Assembly (NCBI GenBank): GCA_038248345.1 | Contig: JBBRXO010000090.1 | Coordinates: 1 to 10,834 of the forward strand | Direction: 5' to 3' | Origin: Armatimonadota bacterium | GTDB lineage: Bacteria > Armatimonadota > Hebobacteria > CAIYQO01 | DNA: 10,834 bases | Part shown: piece by piece, positions 1-6,625 of the stretch | Numbering within the stretch: position 1 is the first letter of the stretch | How the letters are laid out: each line of letters opens with the position of its first letter | Position numbers and translations under genes: made by a program | The notes under the pieces: generated by a model | The model's database searches: none | Told to the model about the DNA's origin: nothing | Seen by the model: only the letters and a program-made list of their open reading frames with translations

Positions 1-1
1 G

Positions 2-385
2 ACCGATCTACTACCGCAGACCGAAACCTATGGCGCGGGCGTTATCTGCTTCTCGCCGCTGGCGCAGGGGATGCTCAGCGATAAATACCTGGATGGCAAA
101 ATCCCCGCCGAGAGCCGCGCCGCACAGATGCGCGGGGCCGAGTGGGTACAGCAGAACCTCACCCCCGAGCGCCACGCCATGCTGCACAGCCTCAATGAAA
201 TCGCCATCAGCCGCGGGCAGACGCTGGCACAGCTGGCACTGGCCTGGATACTGCGCTTCCCCGCTGTCACCAGTGTACTCATGGGCGCCAGCAGCGTGCA
301 GCAGGTAGAAGAAAACGTCGCCGCCCTCGACAACCTGAATTTCAGCAAAGAAGAGCTGGACGCCATCGATAAATTGACGAAATAA
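2..385 (+). CDS. Aldo/keto reductase, L-glyceraldehyde-3-phosphate reductase (YghZ/Gpr)-like; 5' end lies outside the window
   Basis: The frame is open from nt 2 and reads TDLLPQTETYGAGVICFSPLAQGMLSDKYL...TLAQLALAWIL...VTSVLMGASSVQQVEENVAAL. These are typical AKR C-terminal NADPH-binding motifs. Stop TAA at 383-385. Confidence 0.88.
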   Translation, partial: TDLLPQTETYGAGVICFSPLAQGMLSDKYLDGKIPAESRAAQMRGAEWVQQNLTPERHAMLHSLNEIAISRGQTLAQLALAWILRFPAVTSVLMGASSVQQVEENVAALDNLNFSKEELDAIDKLTK

Positions 386-395
386 GGCGGCAACA

Positions 396-875
396 GTGCA
401 TATCACCATCGCCACGGTGGGCAAATTGAAAGAGCGATACTGGGATGAGGCGGCGAAGGAATACCTGAAACGCCTCACCCGCTACGCCGAGGTCAACGTC
501 ATCGAAGTAGCGGAGGAGCAGGCCCCGGAGACACTCTCCCCCGCCGAACGCGAGGCGGTGAAAACCCGCGAAGGCGAGCGTCTGCTGAAAGCCCTCCGCC
601 CCGACGCCCACCTCATCGCCCTGGTGATCGAGGGCAAACAACTAACCAGCGAAGGCCTAAGCGCCCACCTCGCCGATCTTTCCCTGCACGGCACCACCGA
701 AGTAGCCATAATAATAGGCGGCTCCCTCGGCCTCTCCCCCGCCATCATCTCCCGCGCCCACCTGCAGCTAAGCTTCGGCAAACTAACCTACCCCCACCAG
801 CTGATGCGGGTAATCCTGCTAGAACAGCTATACCGCGCATTCAAGATCATGCGCGGGGAGCCGTACCACAAGTAA
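396..875 (+). CDS. rlmH: 23S rRNA m3-pseudouridine-1915 methyltransferase RlmH (SPOUT family, orfX)
   Basis: 159 aa with VGKLKE at the N-terminus, IGGSLGL, LSFGKLTYPHQLMRVILLEQLYRA and the C-terminal GEPYHK signature. GTG start preceded by AAGGCGG. Confidence 0.97.
   Translation: MHITIATVGKLKERYWDEAAKEYLKRLTRYAEVNVIEVAEEQAPETLSPAEREAVKTREGERLLKALRPDAHLIALVIEGKQLTSEGLSAHLADLSLHGTTEVAIIIGGSLGLSPAIISRAHLQLSFGKLTYPHQLMRVILLEQLYRAFKIMRGEPYHK
855..875 (+). mobile_element. Candidate attachment-site core at the 3' end of rlmH (GGGGAGCCGTACCACAAGTAA)
   Basis: The last codons of rlmH are the established integration site of Ccr-type serine recombinases (SCC elements), and a Ccr-like remnant lies 160 bp downstream. 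No convincing second copy was found in the window. Confidence 0.5.
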
Positions 876-1001
876 GTGATAACTCCGAGAAGGACCCACC
901 CCCGTTTTGAGTAGGAAACACGCCACTGCCGGGGGATGGGGCGCTAATAAAAAGTTGGAGATTGGGGCTATCAAGTTGCATCGAATATCTGTTGGGAATC
1001 A

Positions 1002-1027
1002 GGCGGGGAGCCCAGAAACTCCCCGCC
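1002..1027. terminator. GC-rich hairpin between the convergent rlmH and recombinase remnant; possible terminator
   Basis: GGCGGGGAG (1002-1010), an 8-nt loop, then CTCCCCGCC (1019-1027) form a perfect 9-bp stem 8 nt past the recombinase stop. U-tracts are weak on both strands. Confidence 0.5.
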
Positions 1028-1035
1028 CTTACTTC

Positions 1036-1578
1036 CTACGCACTCAGCAGAACTGATGATCCAATGCTGGGAACATTGGTCATTCCTAGTGCCTGGGAGA
1101 TTCCGTCATGGAGATGTAGCTGCATTGAGCTGATCCCCTTGCCTTTTTTGAAGGTGATCTCCGACACTATGGCACGCAGTAGTGTCCGTTGCCGATCAAT
1201 GTCAGCTTTTTCCAACTGACCGACGAAGTCATCGAGGATAGTCTTCGCCACCTCTTCTTCATCGAGAGCGCGCAATTGCTCGGTAATCTGGGCAAGGTCA
1301 CCCTTCAATCCAACATCTTCCAGCGCATCCATGTCAAACAACTTGATGTACTTGCGGCGATTATCAGCCAGCTTCTTCCGTGTCTTCTCGATAGTGAGCA
1401 GGCGTTGCTGGAGTGGCTGCACCTCATTGCGTTGCCGGGCGTTGACGTGCTTGATCAGATCCTGAATCAGCGTCGGATGTTTTACAATCTTTTTCAGTCG
1501 CCGGTGCACCGCTTTTTCGATATCTTCCGCGGGTATACCGTTGAAGTGACAGGCAGCCGTACCATTATTGTACCTGCT
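1036..1578 (-). pseudogene. C-terminal remnant of a Ccr-like large serine recombinase (second half of the zinc ribbon plus coiled coil)
   Basis: The frame extends upstream of the listed GTG (1509) as SRYNNGTAACHFNGIPAEDIEKAVHRRLKKIVKHPTLIQDLIKHVN... and ends ...RTLLRAIVSEITFKK. This follows the CcrA/B-type pattern C-S-x-x-x-N-x-G-x-x-x-C-x-x-N-x-x-x-A-x-x-I-E-x-x-V, then a coiled coil and a terminal L-x-x-x-I-x-x-I. In-frame TGA at 1587-1585. Catalytic and recombinase domains are absent. Confidence 0.8.
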
Positions 1579-1847
1579 CCCCCTTCAAGCTTAACTTTGC
1601 TCACGTGATCTTCACCAAAACGCCTGATGGCTTCAACATGGAAGCCGCTATCCCCCTCGCGCAACTCGGGCTGACCCCAGGCACCACCATCGCCGGTGAT
1701 TTCGGCATACTCCTGAGCGATGCTGACGCCAAAGCCACTGCCCGCCGTATCTACTGGGCGAACTCGGACACCAGCATCGTTGCCGATCTCCCGCCAGAAG
1801 CCCGTTTCTATCCGCAAAACTGGGGCTTGCTGACTTGCACACCATAA
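1578..1847 (+). pseudogene. C-terminal fragment of a larger protein ending in a CBM9/DOMON-like sugar-binding domain
   Basis: Reads ...GFNMEAAIPLAQLGLTPGTTIAGDFGILLSDADAKATARRIYWANSDTSIVADLPPEARFYPQNWGLL. The E-A-A-I-P-L-x-x-L-G and P-x-x-W-G motifs are typical of CBM9-like C-terminal domains. No RBS before GTG 1605, and the 5' side abuts the recombinase remnant. Confidence 0.65.
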
Positions 1848-1863
1848 ACGATAACTAGTAGAT

Positions 1864-1916
1864 CCACCACCTGAAGGAGGTGGCTAATAACGGCAAGCAC
1901 GCTGAAACGCGCTATT
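1864..1916. repeat. REP-like double-hairpin element, copy 1
   Basis: Hairpins CCACC-A-CCT-GA-AGG-A-GGTGG (1864-1883) and AGCACG-CTGAAA-CGCGCT (1896-1913). The reverse complement of 1870-1916 matches 6738-6784 at 41/47 positions. Confidence 0.8.
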
Positions 1917-1930
1917 ATCAATTCAGACAA

Positions 1931-2010
1931 GTCCGCGAAGGCGGACGACTGGTCGAAGATCATGAGTTTGTCGAATGACAGCGCCCTGCAGCCGGGATTT
2001 CAATCCCAGC
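1931..2010. repeat. Second pair of REP-like hairpins
   Basis: GTCCGC-GAAG-GCGGAC (1931-1946, perfect) and GCCGGGATT-TC-AATCCCAGC (1991-2010, one mismatch), located between convergent gene ends. Confidence 0.55.
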
Positions 2011-2036
2011 AATAACTTGAAACTTGGAACTATTTA

Positions 2037-2951
2037 CTACCCCAGCACCACCAACACCACCGCAAAACCGAAGGTGATCATCAGGAAGGCCCAGTCGGTT
2101 AGCTCGAAGGTGGGCTCATCGAGCAGGTAGATTTCGCCGGTGTAGCCGCGGGCTACCATGGCCAGATAGATATTGTCTCCCAGTGACCGGGTGCGGCGAT
2201 AGAGGCTGCCCATGCCCCCGGCTACCCAGGCTTGCTCCTGCCGCAGCGATCCGCTGCCCGGCGAGCGGCTGATCTTCGCCAGGTGAATCTCCTCCGCTGC
2301 GCGGATGAAGACGGTGAGGTAGCGTGACATCATCCCCAATAAGGTAACGAAAAGCTGGGGAGTGCCCAGCGCGCGCAACCCGCGGAAGAGCCGCGCCACC
2401 GGGGTGGTGGTGGTGAGCAGCAGCGCCAGTGTGACGCACACGGTGAGCCGCAGCAAAAACCGCCCGGCGACGAACAGGCCGGAATCTGTGACGTAGATGC
2501 CATCGGCAAATGTCCACATCCCGAAGAGTTTATGCGCCGGCCACAGGGTGAGCAGATTATGCCCGGGGGTGACGATATTGAGCAATGCGGGGAGCATGAT
2601 GGCGGCGGAGAACAACGGCACTGCCAGCCAGGCGCCGACTAAACGCCGGGGTGGCACCTGCGAGAGCAGCGCGAGGGCGATCCCTACCAGCAGCACTAGC
2701 GCCAGCGTGGCCGGGCGGTGCACCAGCGTGGCCACCACCAGCAAGGCCAGCAGGCCCACGACCTTGGCACGCGCATCCACCCCCTGCAGCAGCCCGGGGC
2801 GCGCCGCCACCGCCTCGTTATCGAGCAACTCACGCATGATATTGGCGAAGCTGCCCAGCGCACGGCGCACGATATTTGATTTGCGCGCCGGGCGGGTTAG
2901 GGCATTTTCCGCAGCCGTATTATTAGCGAGCATCCATTGTGGGAGACACAT
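2037..2951 (-). CDS. cbiQ: Ni/Co ECF transporter T component (NikQ/CbiQ)
   Basis: GLLQGVDARAKV, LRALGTP, RYL, AKISR and the C-terminal IYLAMVARGYTG (T-component ARG motif); several hydrophobic helices. AAGGA RBS 5 nt before ATG 2951. Overlaps the upstream gene by 29 nt. Confidence 0.92.
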   Translation of the reverse strand: MCLPQWMLANNTAAENALTRPARKSNIVRRALGSFANIMRELLDNEAVAARPGLLQGVDARAKVVGLLALLVVATLVHRPATLALVLLVGIALALLSQVPPRRLVGAWLAVPLFSAAIMLPALLNIVTPGHNLLTLWPAHKLFGMWTFADGIYVTDSGLFVAGRFLLRLTVCVTLALLLTTTTPVARLFRGLRALGTPQLFVTLLGMMSRYLTVFIRAAEEIHLAKISRSPGSGSLRQEQAWVAGGMGSLYRRTRSLGDNIYLAMVARGYTGEIYLLDEPTFELTDWAFLMITFGFAVVLVVLG

Positions 2952-4011
2952 TTTCGTCCTTATGCGTGAATAATTTTTTGAAGAGAATTATCAACATTCC
3001 CAGCAACATCACCCCGATTGCCCCGGAGAGAATGTATATCATGCTCTTTTCCTGCAAGGGTGCCTCATCTTTGCCCGGCAGGTTGTAGTCAGGCAGGGGT
3101 GCTTTGTAGCCGTTGTCTTCGGCATGTTGGATCCCCTGCGGCACGTAGCCCTCGGTTTTACCGCCGGATTCCTTGGCGATTTCCTCTTTGATTTCGGTGC
3201 TATTCCACTCGCCCCAGGCGGAACCTGCCTTGGCTAATTCTGGCAAATAAAGGCCCAGCGGCGCCAGTAATACCAGCACTCCAAAGATAATCGCGCCACG
3301 TTTCCACAGGTTCACCGGTGGCTTCTCTGGCATAGGTGTAGCGTTGGGCAGCAACTCCGGCGAGGTCTTCTGCAACATCACTATTACCAGCCCGGTGGCC
3401 ACTGCCTCCACTATCCCGAAGATGAACACGTGCTCCAGCAACATCACCGGCACTGCAATACCCAGACCAAATGGGCTGTAGAGCGCGCGCCCGGCGGCGT
3501 CATGTGCGATGAGCGGTTGAATGCCGAAGAGGATACCGGTCACCGTCCCGGCGGCTGTGAGGCCTACCCAGCCGCCCACCGCACCGCCCACCCACTGCCG
3601 CGCCGACTGTGCGGGGGCGGAGCCGGCGATAAGCCGATAAACCCACCAGCCGACGAAGGGCATCACCACACCCATAGTGAAACAGTTGGCTCCGATAGCG
3701 GTAATACCGCCATCGCCGAAAACCAACGCTTGCACGATAAGCGCGAGCGACACCGCGATCATCGCCGCCCACGGCCCCAGCAACACCGCCACCAGCACGG
3801 CACCCACCGCGTGGCCGGTGGTGCCGCCGGGGATGGGCACATTGAACATCATGATAACGAAGCTGAATGCCGCCCCTAGCGCCAGCAGCGGGATCTGCCG
3901 TAGCCGCAATGACTTCTTCAGTTTCGCCAAACCTACTGACCACAGCGCCGCCATCACCCCAAAGGCAGGGATGTAGGTCTGCGGGCCGAGATATCCGTCA
4001 GGTATATGCAT
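2923..4011 (-). CDS. cbiM: Ni/Co ECF transporter substrate component NikM/CbiM fused to a PDGLE (NikN-like) domain
   Basis: N-terminal metal-binding MHIPDG, then NVPIPGGTTGH and QALVFGDGG. The C-terminal part with GSAWGEW...APLPDY lies between two TM helices (PDGLE/NikN). AAGGA RBS upstream. Confidence 0.93.
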   Translation of the reverse strand: MHIPDGYLGPQTYIPAFGVMAALWSVGLAKLKKSLRLRQIPLLALGAAFSFVIMMFNVPIPGGTTGHAVGAVLVAVLLGPWAAMIAVSLALIVQALVFGDGGITAIGANCFTMGVVMPFVGWWVYRLIAGSAPAQSARQWVGGAVGGWVGLTAAGTVTGILFGIQPLIAHDAAGRALYSPFGLGIAVPVMLLEHVFIFGIVEAVATGLVIVMLQKTSPELLPNATPMPEKPPVNLWKRGAIIFGVLVLLAPLGLYLPELAKAGSAWGEWNSTEIKEEIAKESGGKTEGYVPQGIQHAEDNGYKAPLPDYNLPGKDEAPLQEKSMIYILSGAIGVMLLGMLIILFKKLFTHKDENVSPTMDAR

Positions 4012-4021
4012 AGTCTTTTCC

Positions 4022-4666
4022 TTATTTCATCAGTCCAGTTAGTATGAAATGCAGGCTGAAGCGTGTATCGCCACCAGCATTGGGGAATTGCGTGCCGGCC
4101 ATTACACTAAAGGTATCAGTGATTGGGTAACTGGCACTCAGAGAGGAAAAGTTTTCATCACCACTGGTATAGTCGGCCTGCACTGCTAGTTTGTCGTCAA
4201 TCGCCTTATCTGCCCCCACAAACCAGCTGTTGTTACCATCCACCCGCTGTACGCCTGCATGGGCACGCGCCAGCGAATAATCCTTGGTTGCCACCAGATA
4301 ATAGCGGCCATTAAGCTTGTCGCCGATTTCGCAACCGCCCACTGCCACCGCGGGCAGAATATCTGTCGCTGGTAACAGTTGTAGTTTGCCGTTGAAAAGC
4401 ACGCGAGTGTCTGCATCCTTATCCAGATCATAATCCACTCCGGCTTCAAAACGATCTGTGATACCGAATTCGGTATTGATCAGGTAGGTGTCGGCTGCTG
4501 TGTGTGGAATTCTGCCATCAGTCTGATACTCAAGAGAGTATGTCTTCTCTGGCACCAGATCCGCAGTGGGTATCAACAGTAACCCACTGTAGCAAGCAAC
4601 GGCGGGTACGGCCAGCAGCGCAAATGCGATGGTGGCTACCCCTAGTGAGAAACGAGTACTGGTCAT
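4022..4666 (-). CDS. Uncharacterised exported protein (214 aa), probable small outer-membrane beta-barrel
   Basis: A strong RBS (AAGGAG) before ATG 4666 favours this start over 4711. Signal peptide MTSTRFSLGVATIAFALLAVPAVA, then an LLIPTAD motif and alternating amphipathic strands (INTEFGITDRFEAGVDY, RYYLVATK, WFVGADK, LAVQADY, LSASYPI, RFSLHF). Confidence 0.75.
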   Translation of the reverse strand: MTSTRFSLGVATIAFALLAVPAVACYSGLLLIPTADLVPEKTYSLEYQTDGRIPHTAADTYLINTEFGITDRFEAGVDYDLDKDADTRVLFNGKLQLLPATDILPAVAVGGCEIGDKLNGRYYLVATKDYSLARAHAGVQRVDGNNSWFVGADKAIDDKLAVQADYTSGDENFSSLSASYPITDTFSVMAGTQFPNAGGDTRFSLHFILTGLMK

Positions 4667-4711
4667 GTTAATATCTCCTTCGCAAAAATATTTATACAAG
4701 CGAATGTGCAT

Positions 4712-5119
4712 CTACCCTATTGCAGTACACACCAATTGTCCGTGTTTTACTCCGCGCGTGCTGGTAAGCGTGTCGGCGATGAGTTTCACCTGTTTTGCCT
4801 GGCCGCGCACTATTATCACCTCCAGGCAATTATGCGCGTCCATGTGCACGTGATTGCTGCAGATTATGCACTCATGGTACTGATGTTGCAGGTCGGCCAG
4901 CACGCTGGCAAGCTCATGCTCGTGGTGAGAGAATACGATGGTCACCGTGCCGATAACCTCGGCCTCCGGGTCCGTCCACTGCTCCGAAACCAGCTCATTC
5001 CGCACCAGATCGCGGATCGCCTCTGAGCGCGACGGATAGCCGCGTTGCTCGATCAACGCATCAAAGCGCCCTAGCAATTCCTGCTCCATCGATACCCCAA
5101 AACGCTCTAACGCCGCCAT
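4712..5119 (-). CDS. nikR: Nickel-responsive transcriptional regulator NikR (135 aa)
   Basis: RHH N-terminus ERFGVSM...FDALI...GYPSRSEAIRDLVR. Nickel-site motifs LQHQYH and HVHMDAHNCLEV; C-terminal RGVKHG. ATG 5119 is preceded by AAGGGTGG; the listed 5194 start runs through the promoter. Confidence 0.96.
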   Translation of the reverse strand: MAALERFGVSMEQELLGRFDALIEQRGYPSRSEAIRDLVRNELVSEQWTDPEAEVIGTVTIVFSHHEHELASVLADLQHQYHECIICSNHVHMDAHNCLEVIIVRGQAKQVKLIADTLTSTRGVKHGQLVCTAIG

Positions 5120-5132
5120 AAAACCACCCTTT

Positions 5133-5159
5133 GTGTCACTATTTTCAAAATCGTAACAC
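5133..5159. promoter_or_regulatory. Putative NikR operator
   Basis: GTGTCAC-N13-GTAACAC (6/7 dyad, AT-rich spacer) lies directly upstream of nikR and overlaps the -10 element. Widely spaced half-sites are the established NikR operator architecture. Confidence 0.75.
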
Positions 5160-5179
5160 TCGATACCATCTGTTGTCAA
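5150..5179 (-). promoter_or_regulatory. Sigma70-type promoter for nikR-hyp-nikMN-nikQ
   Basis: Minus strand TTGACA (5179-5174), 18 nt, TACGAT (5155-5150), with an extended -10 TGn. Confidence 0.7.
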
Positions 5180-5200
5180 GCAGATGGTACCCACTTAAAA

Positions 5201-6145
5201 TTATTTTATGCCGACCGGTAGCATAGGAGTAATATACGGCTCAATCAATTGAAGCACAATACCCGCCGTGATGCTGATGCCGACTAATAGCGCAAGGATT
5301 CGCGCTGTATCCTTGAAATTGCGATTATCTTTGACGAGTACCAGCATCCCAAGCCCCGCACTGGAGGAGAGGCCAGCGATCACCGCGCCGAAGCTGATAC
5401 CGCCTTTCAGATAAATCTCCGTCAGGGCGACCGAAGCGCCACAATTGGGAATCAGTCCGACAAATGAGGCGATGACGGGTTGCCAGATGGTGCCGTATCC
5501 TAACAGAGCACCGAGGTGTTCCCCTTCTTCTCCTACCAGCCAGTTGATGCCGATGGAGACGACAAACAGAATTAGAAAAACTTTTGCCGTATGCAACAGC
5601 GGATGCAGTAGCAAGGTGCGTACTTTGTTGACGCCGGGGAGGTGATGACCGCAGCAGGCATCTACTTCTATGGGCGCATCATCCGCGTCCACCACCGGCG
5701 GTGCCTCATGGGTATGTGGTGTCTCGGTATGAGGTGTGGGGGCGGGAGACTGCTTTCTTATTAGCAGATCAATGGTGTACCCCGCCAGCAATGCCAAGAC
5801 CACTTTGGTGAGTAACAACGGCACTACCAGGCCAATGCGCGACGGCTCGCTCATGATAATAGGCAACGCTTCGTCGGACGTAGAGATAAATACCGCCAGC
5901 AATGTACCCGTGGTTATGAGGCCGCGGGTATAGAGAACGCTGCCAACGACGGAAAACCCACATTGCGGTATACACCCAAAGAGAGCAGCAAACAATGGCC
6001 CGGCTTTGCCCGCTTTGCGGATATTAGTCTGAATGTTGGGCTCGAAGCGATACTCAAGCCAGGCGATGCCGATATAAATAACCAGCAGAAAAGGAATTAG
6101 CTCCAAGGTATCCTTGAAAGCATCGACAATCATCTCAAATTTCAT
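5201..6145 (-). CDS. Putative metal permease, DUF2899/ArsP_2 ('putative manganese transporter') family, with a His/Cys-rich central loop
   Basis: Duplicated motifs FGCIPQCGFSV and VGLIPNCGASV, plus GTLLAVFISTSDEA; multiple TM helices; loop PHTETPHTHE...DACCGHH. GGAG RBS 5 nt before ATG 6145. Confidence 0.8.
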   Translation of the reverse strand: MKFEMIVDAFKDTLELIPFLLVIYIGIAWLEYRFEPNIQTNIRKAGKAGPLFAALFGCIPQCGFSVVGSVLYTRGLITTGTLLAVFISTSDEALPIIMSEPSRIGLVVPLLLTKVVLALLAGYTIDLLIRKQSPAPTPHTETPHTHEAPPVVDADDAPIEVDACCGHHLPGVNKVRTLLLHPLLHTAKVFLILFVVSIGINWLVGEEGEHLGALLGYGTIWQPVIASFVGLIPNCGASVALTEIYLKGGISFGAVIAGLSSSAGLGMLVLVKDNRNFKDTARILALLVGISITAGIVLQLIEPYITPMLPVGIK

Positions 6146-6181
6146 ACACACTCCATGAATAAATAGATGTAAGTACCACTC

Positions 6182-6625
6182 CTATATAGAGCATGCACAG
6201 GATGGACAGGTGCCATACATCTCCAGGTGGTGCCCCTGAATGGTGAAGCCGGTATTGGCGACCAACAGCTTTTCTAGTACCGTCAGATCACAATCCTCAA
6301 ATTCGACCACAACATGGCAACTTTGACAGATAAGGGTATGCGCATGCCCCGGGCAGACGGCGCAATACCGTTGCTTTCCGACGCCATCGCGTATGGATGT
6401 CAATATGTGTAGCCGCTCGAAAAGCTCTACCGTGCGGTAGATGGTTGCTCGACCTATCCCATGTTCAGCAAACGCAGCGACCGCCTCTGCGATGGAATAC
6501 CCCTGGGGATGCTGGGCAAAATACTCCCAGATCAGCTTACGCTGGTCGGTACAGGAAATATTATGCTCACGACAGACGGCCTCCAGATCGACATGGTGCT
6601 GATGCGTCGTATGGTTATTGCTCAT
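6182..6625 (-). CDS. Fur-family metalloregulator (147 aa)
   Basis: TDQRKLI, IGRATIYRTVELF (HTH), HAHTLICQSC, GFTIQGHHLEMYGTCPSC. ATG 6625 gives a normal Fur length. The subfamily (Fur/Zur/Mur/Nur) cannot be assigned by eye. Confidence 0.92.
   Translation of the reverse strand: MSNNHTTHQHHVDLEAVCREHNISCTDQRKLIWEYFAQHPQGYSIAEAVAAFAEHGIGRATIYRTVELFERLHILTSIRDGVGKQRYCAVCPGHAHTLICQSCHVVVEFEDCDLTVLEKLLVANTGFTIQGHHLEMYGTCPSCACSI

Noticed and set aside
885..1030. Possible cobalamin riboswitch (GCCACTG, a GGGGGATGG stretch and GAGCCCAGAAAC resemble B12-box pieces)
   Set aside because: The conserved GGGAA/GGTG-AA-TCC and ACTGT elements are missing, spacing is wrong, and no plus-strand gene follows. 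An Infernal scan against cobalamin models would settle it.
962..1817. ORFs 962-1219(+), 1189-1608(+), 1494-1817(-) and 1648-1845(-)
   Set aside because: These are antisense or off-frame shadows of the two pseudogene fragments, with no RBS or family motifs.
1848..2036. CRISPR array, tRNA or complete IS in the hairpin-rich gap
   Set aside because: There are no regularly spaced identical repeats, no cloverleaf, and no transposase ORF.
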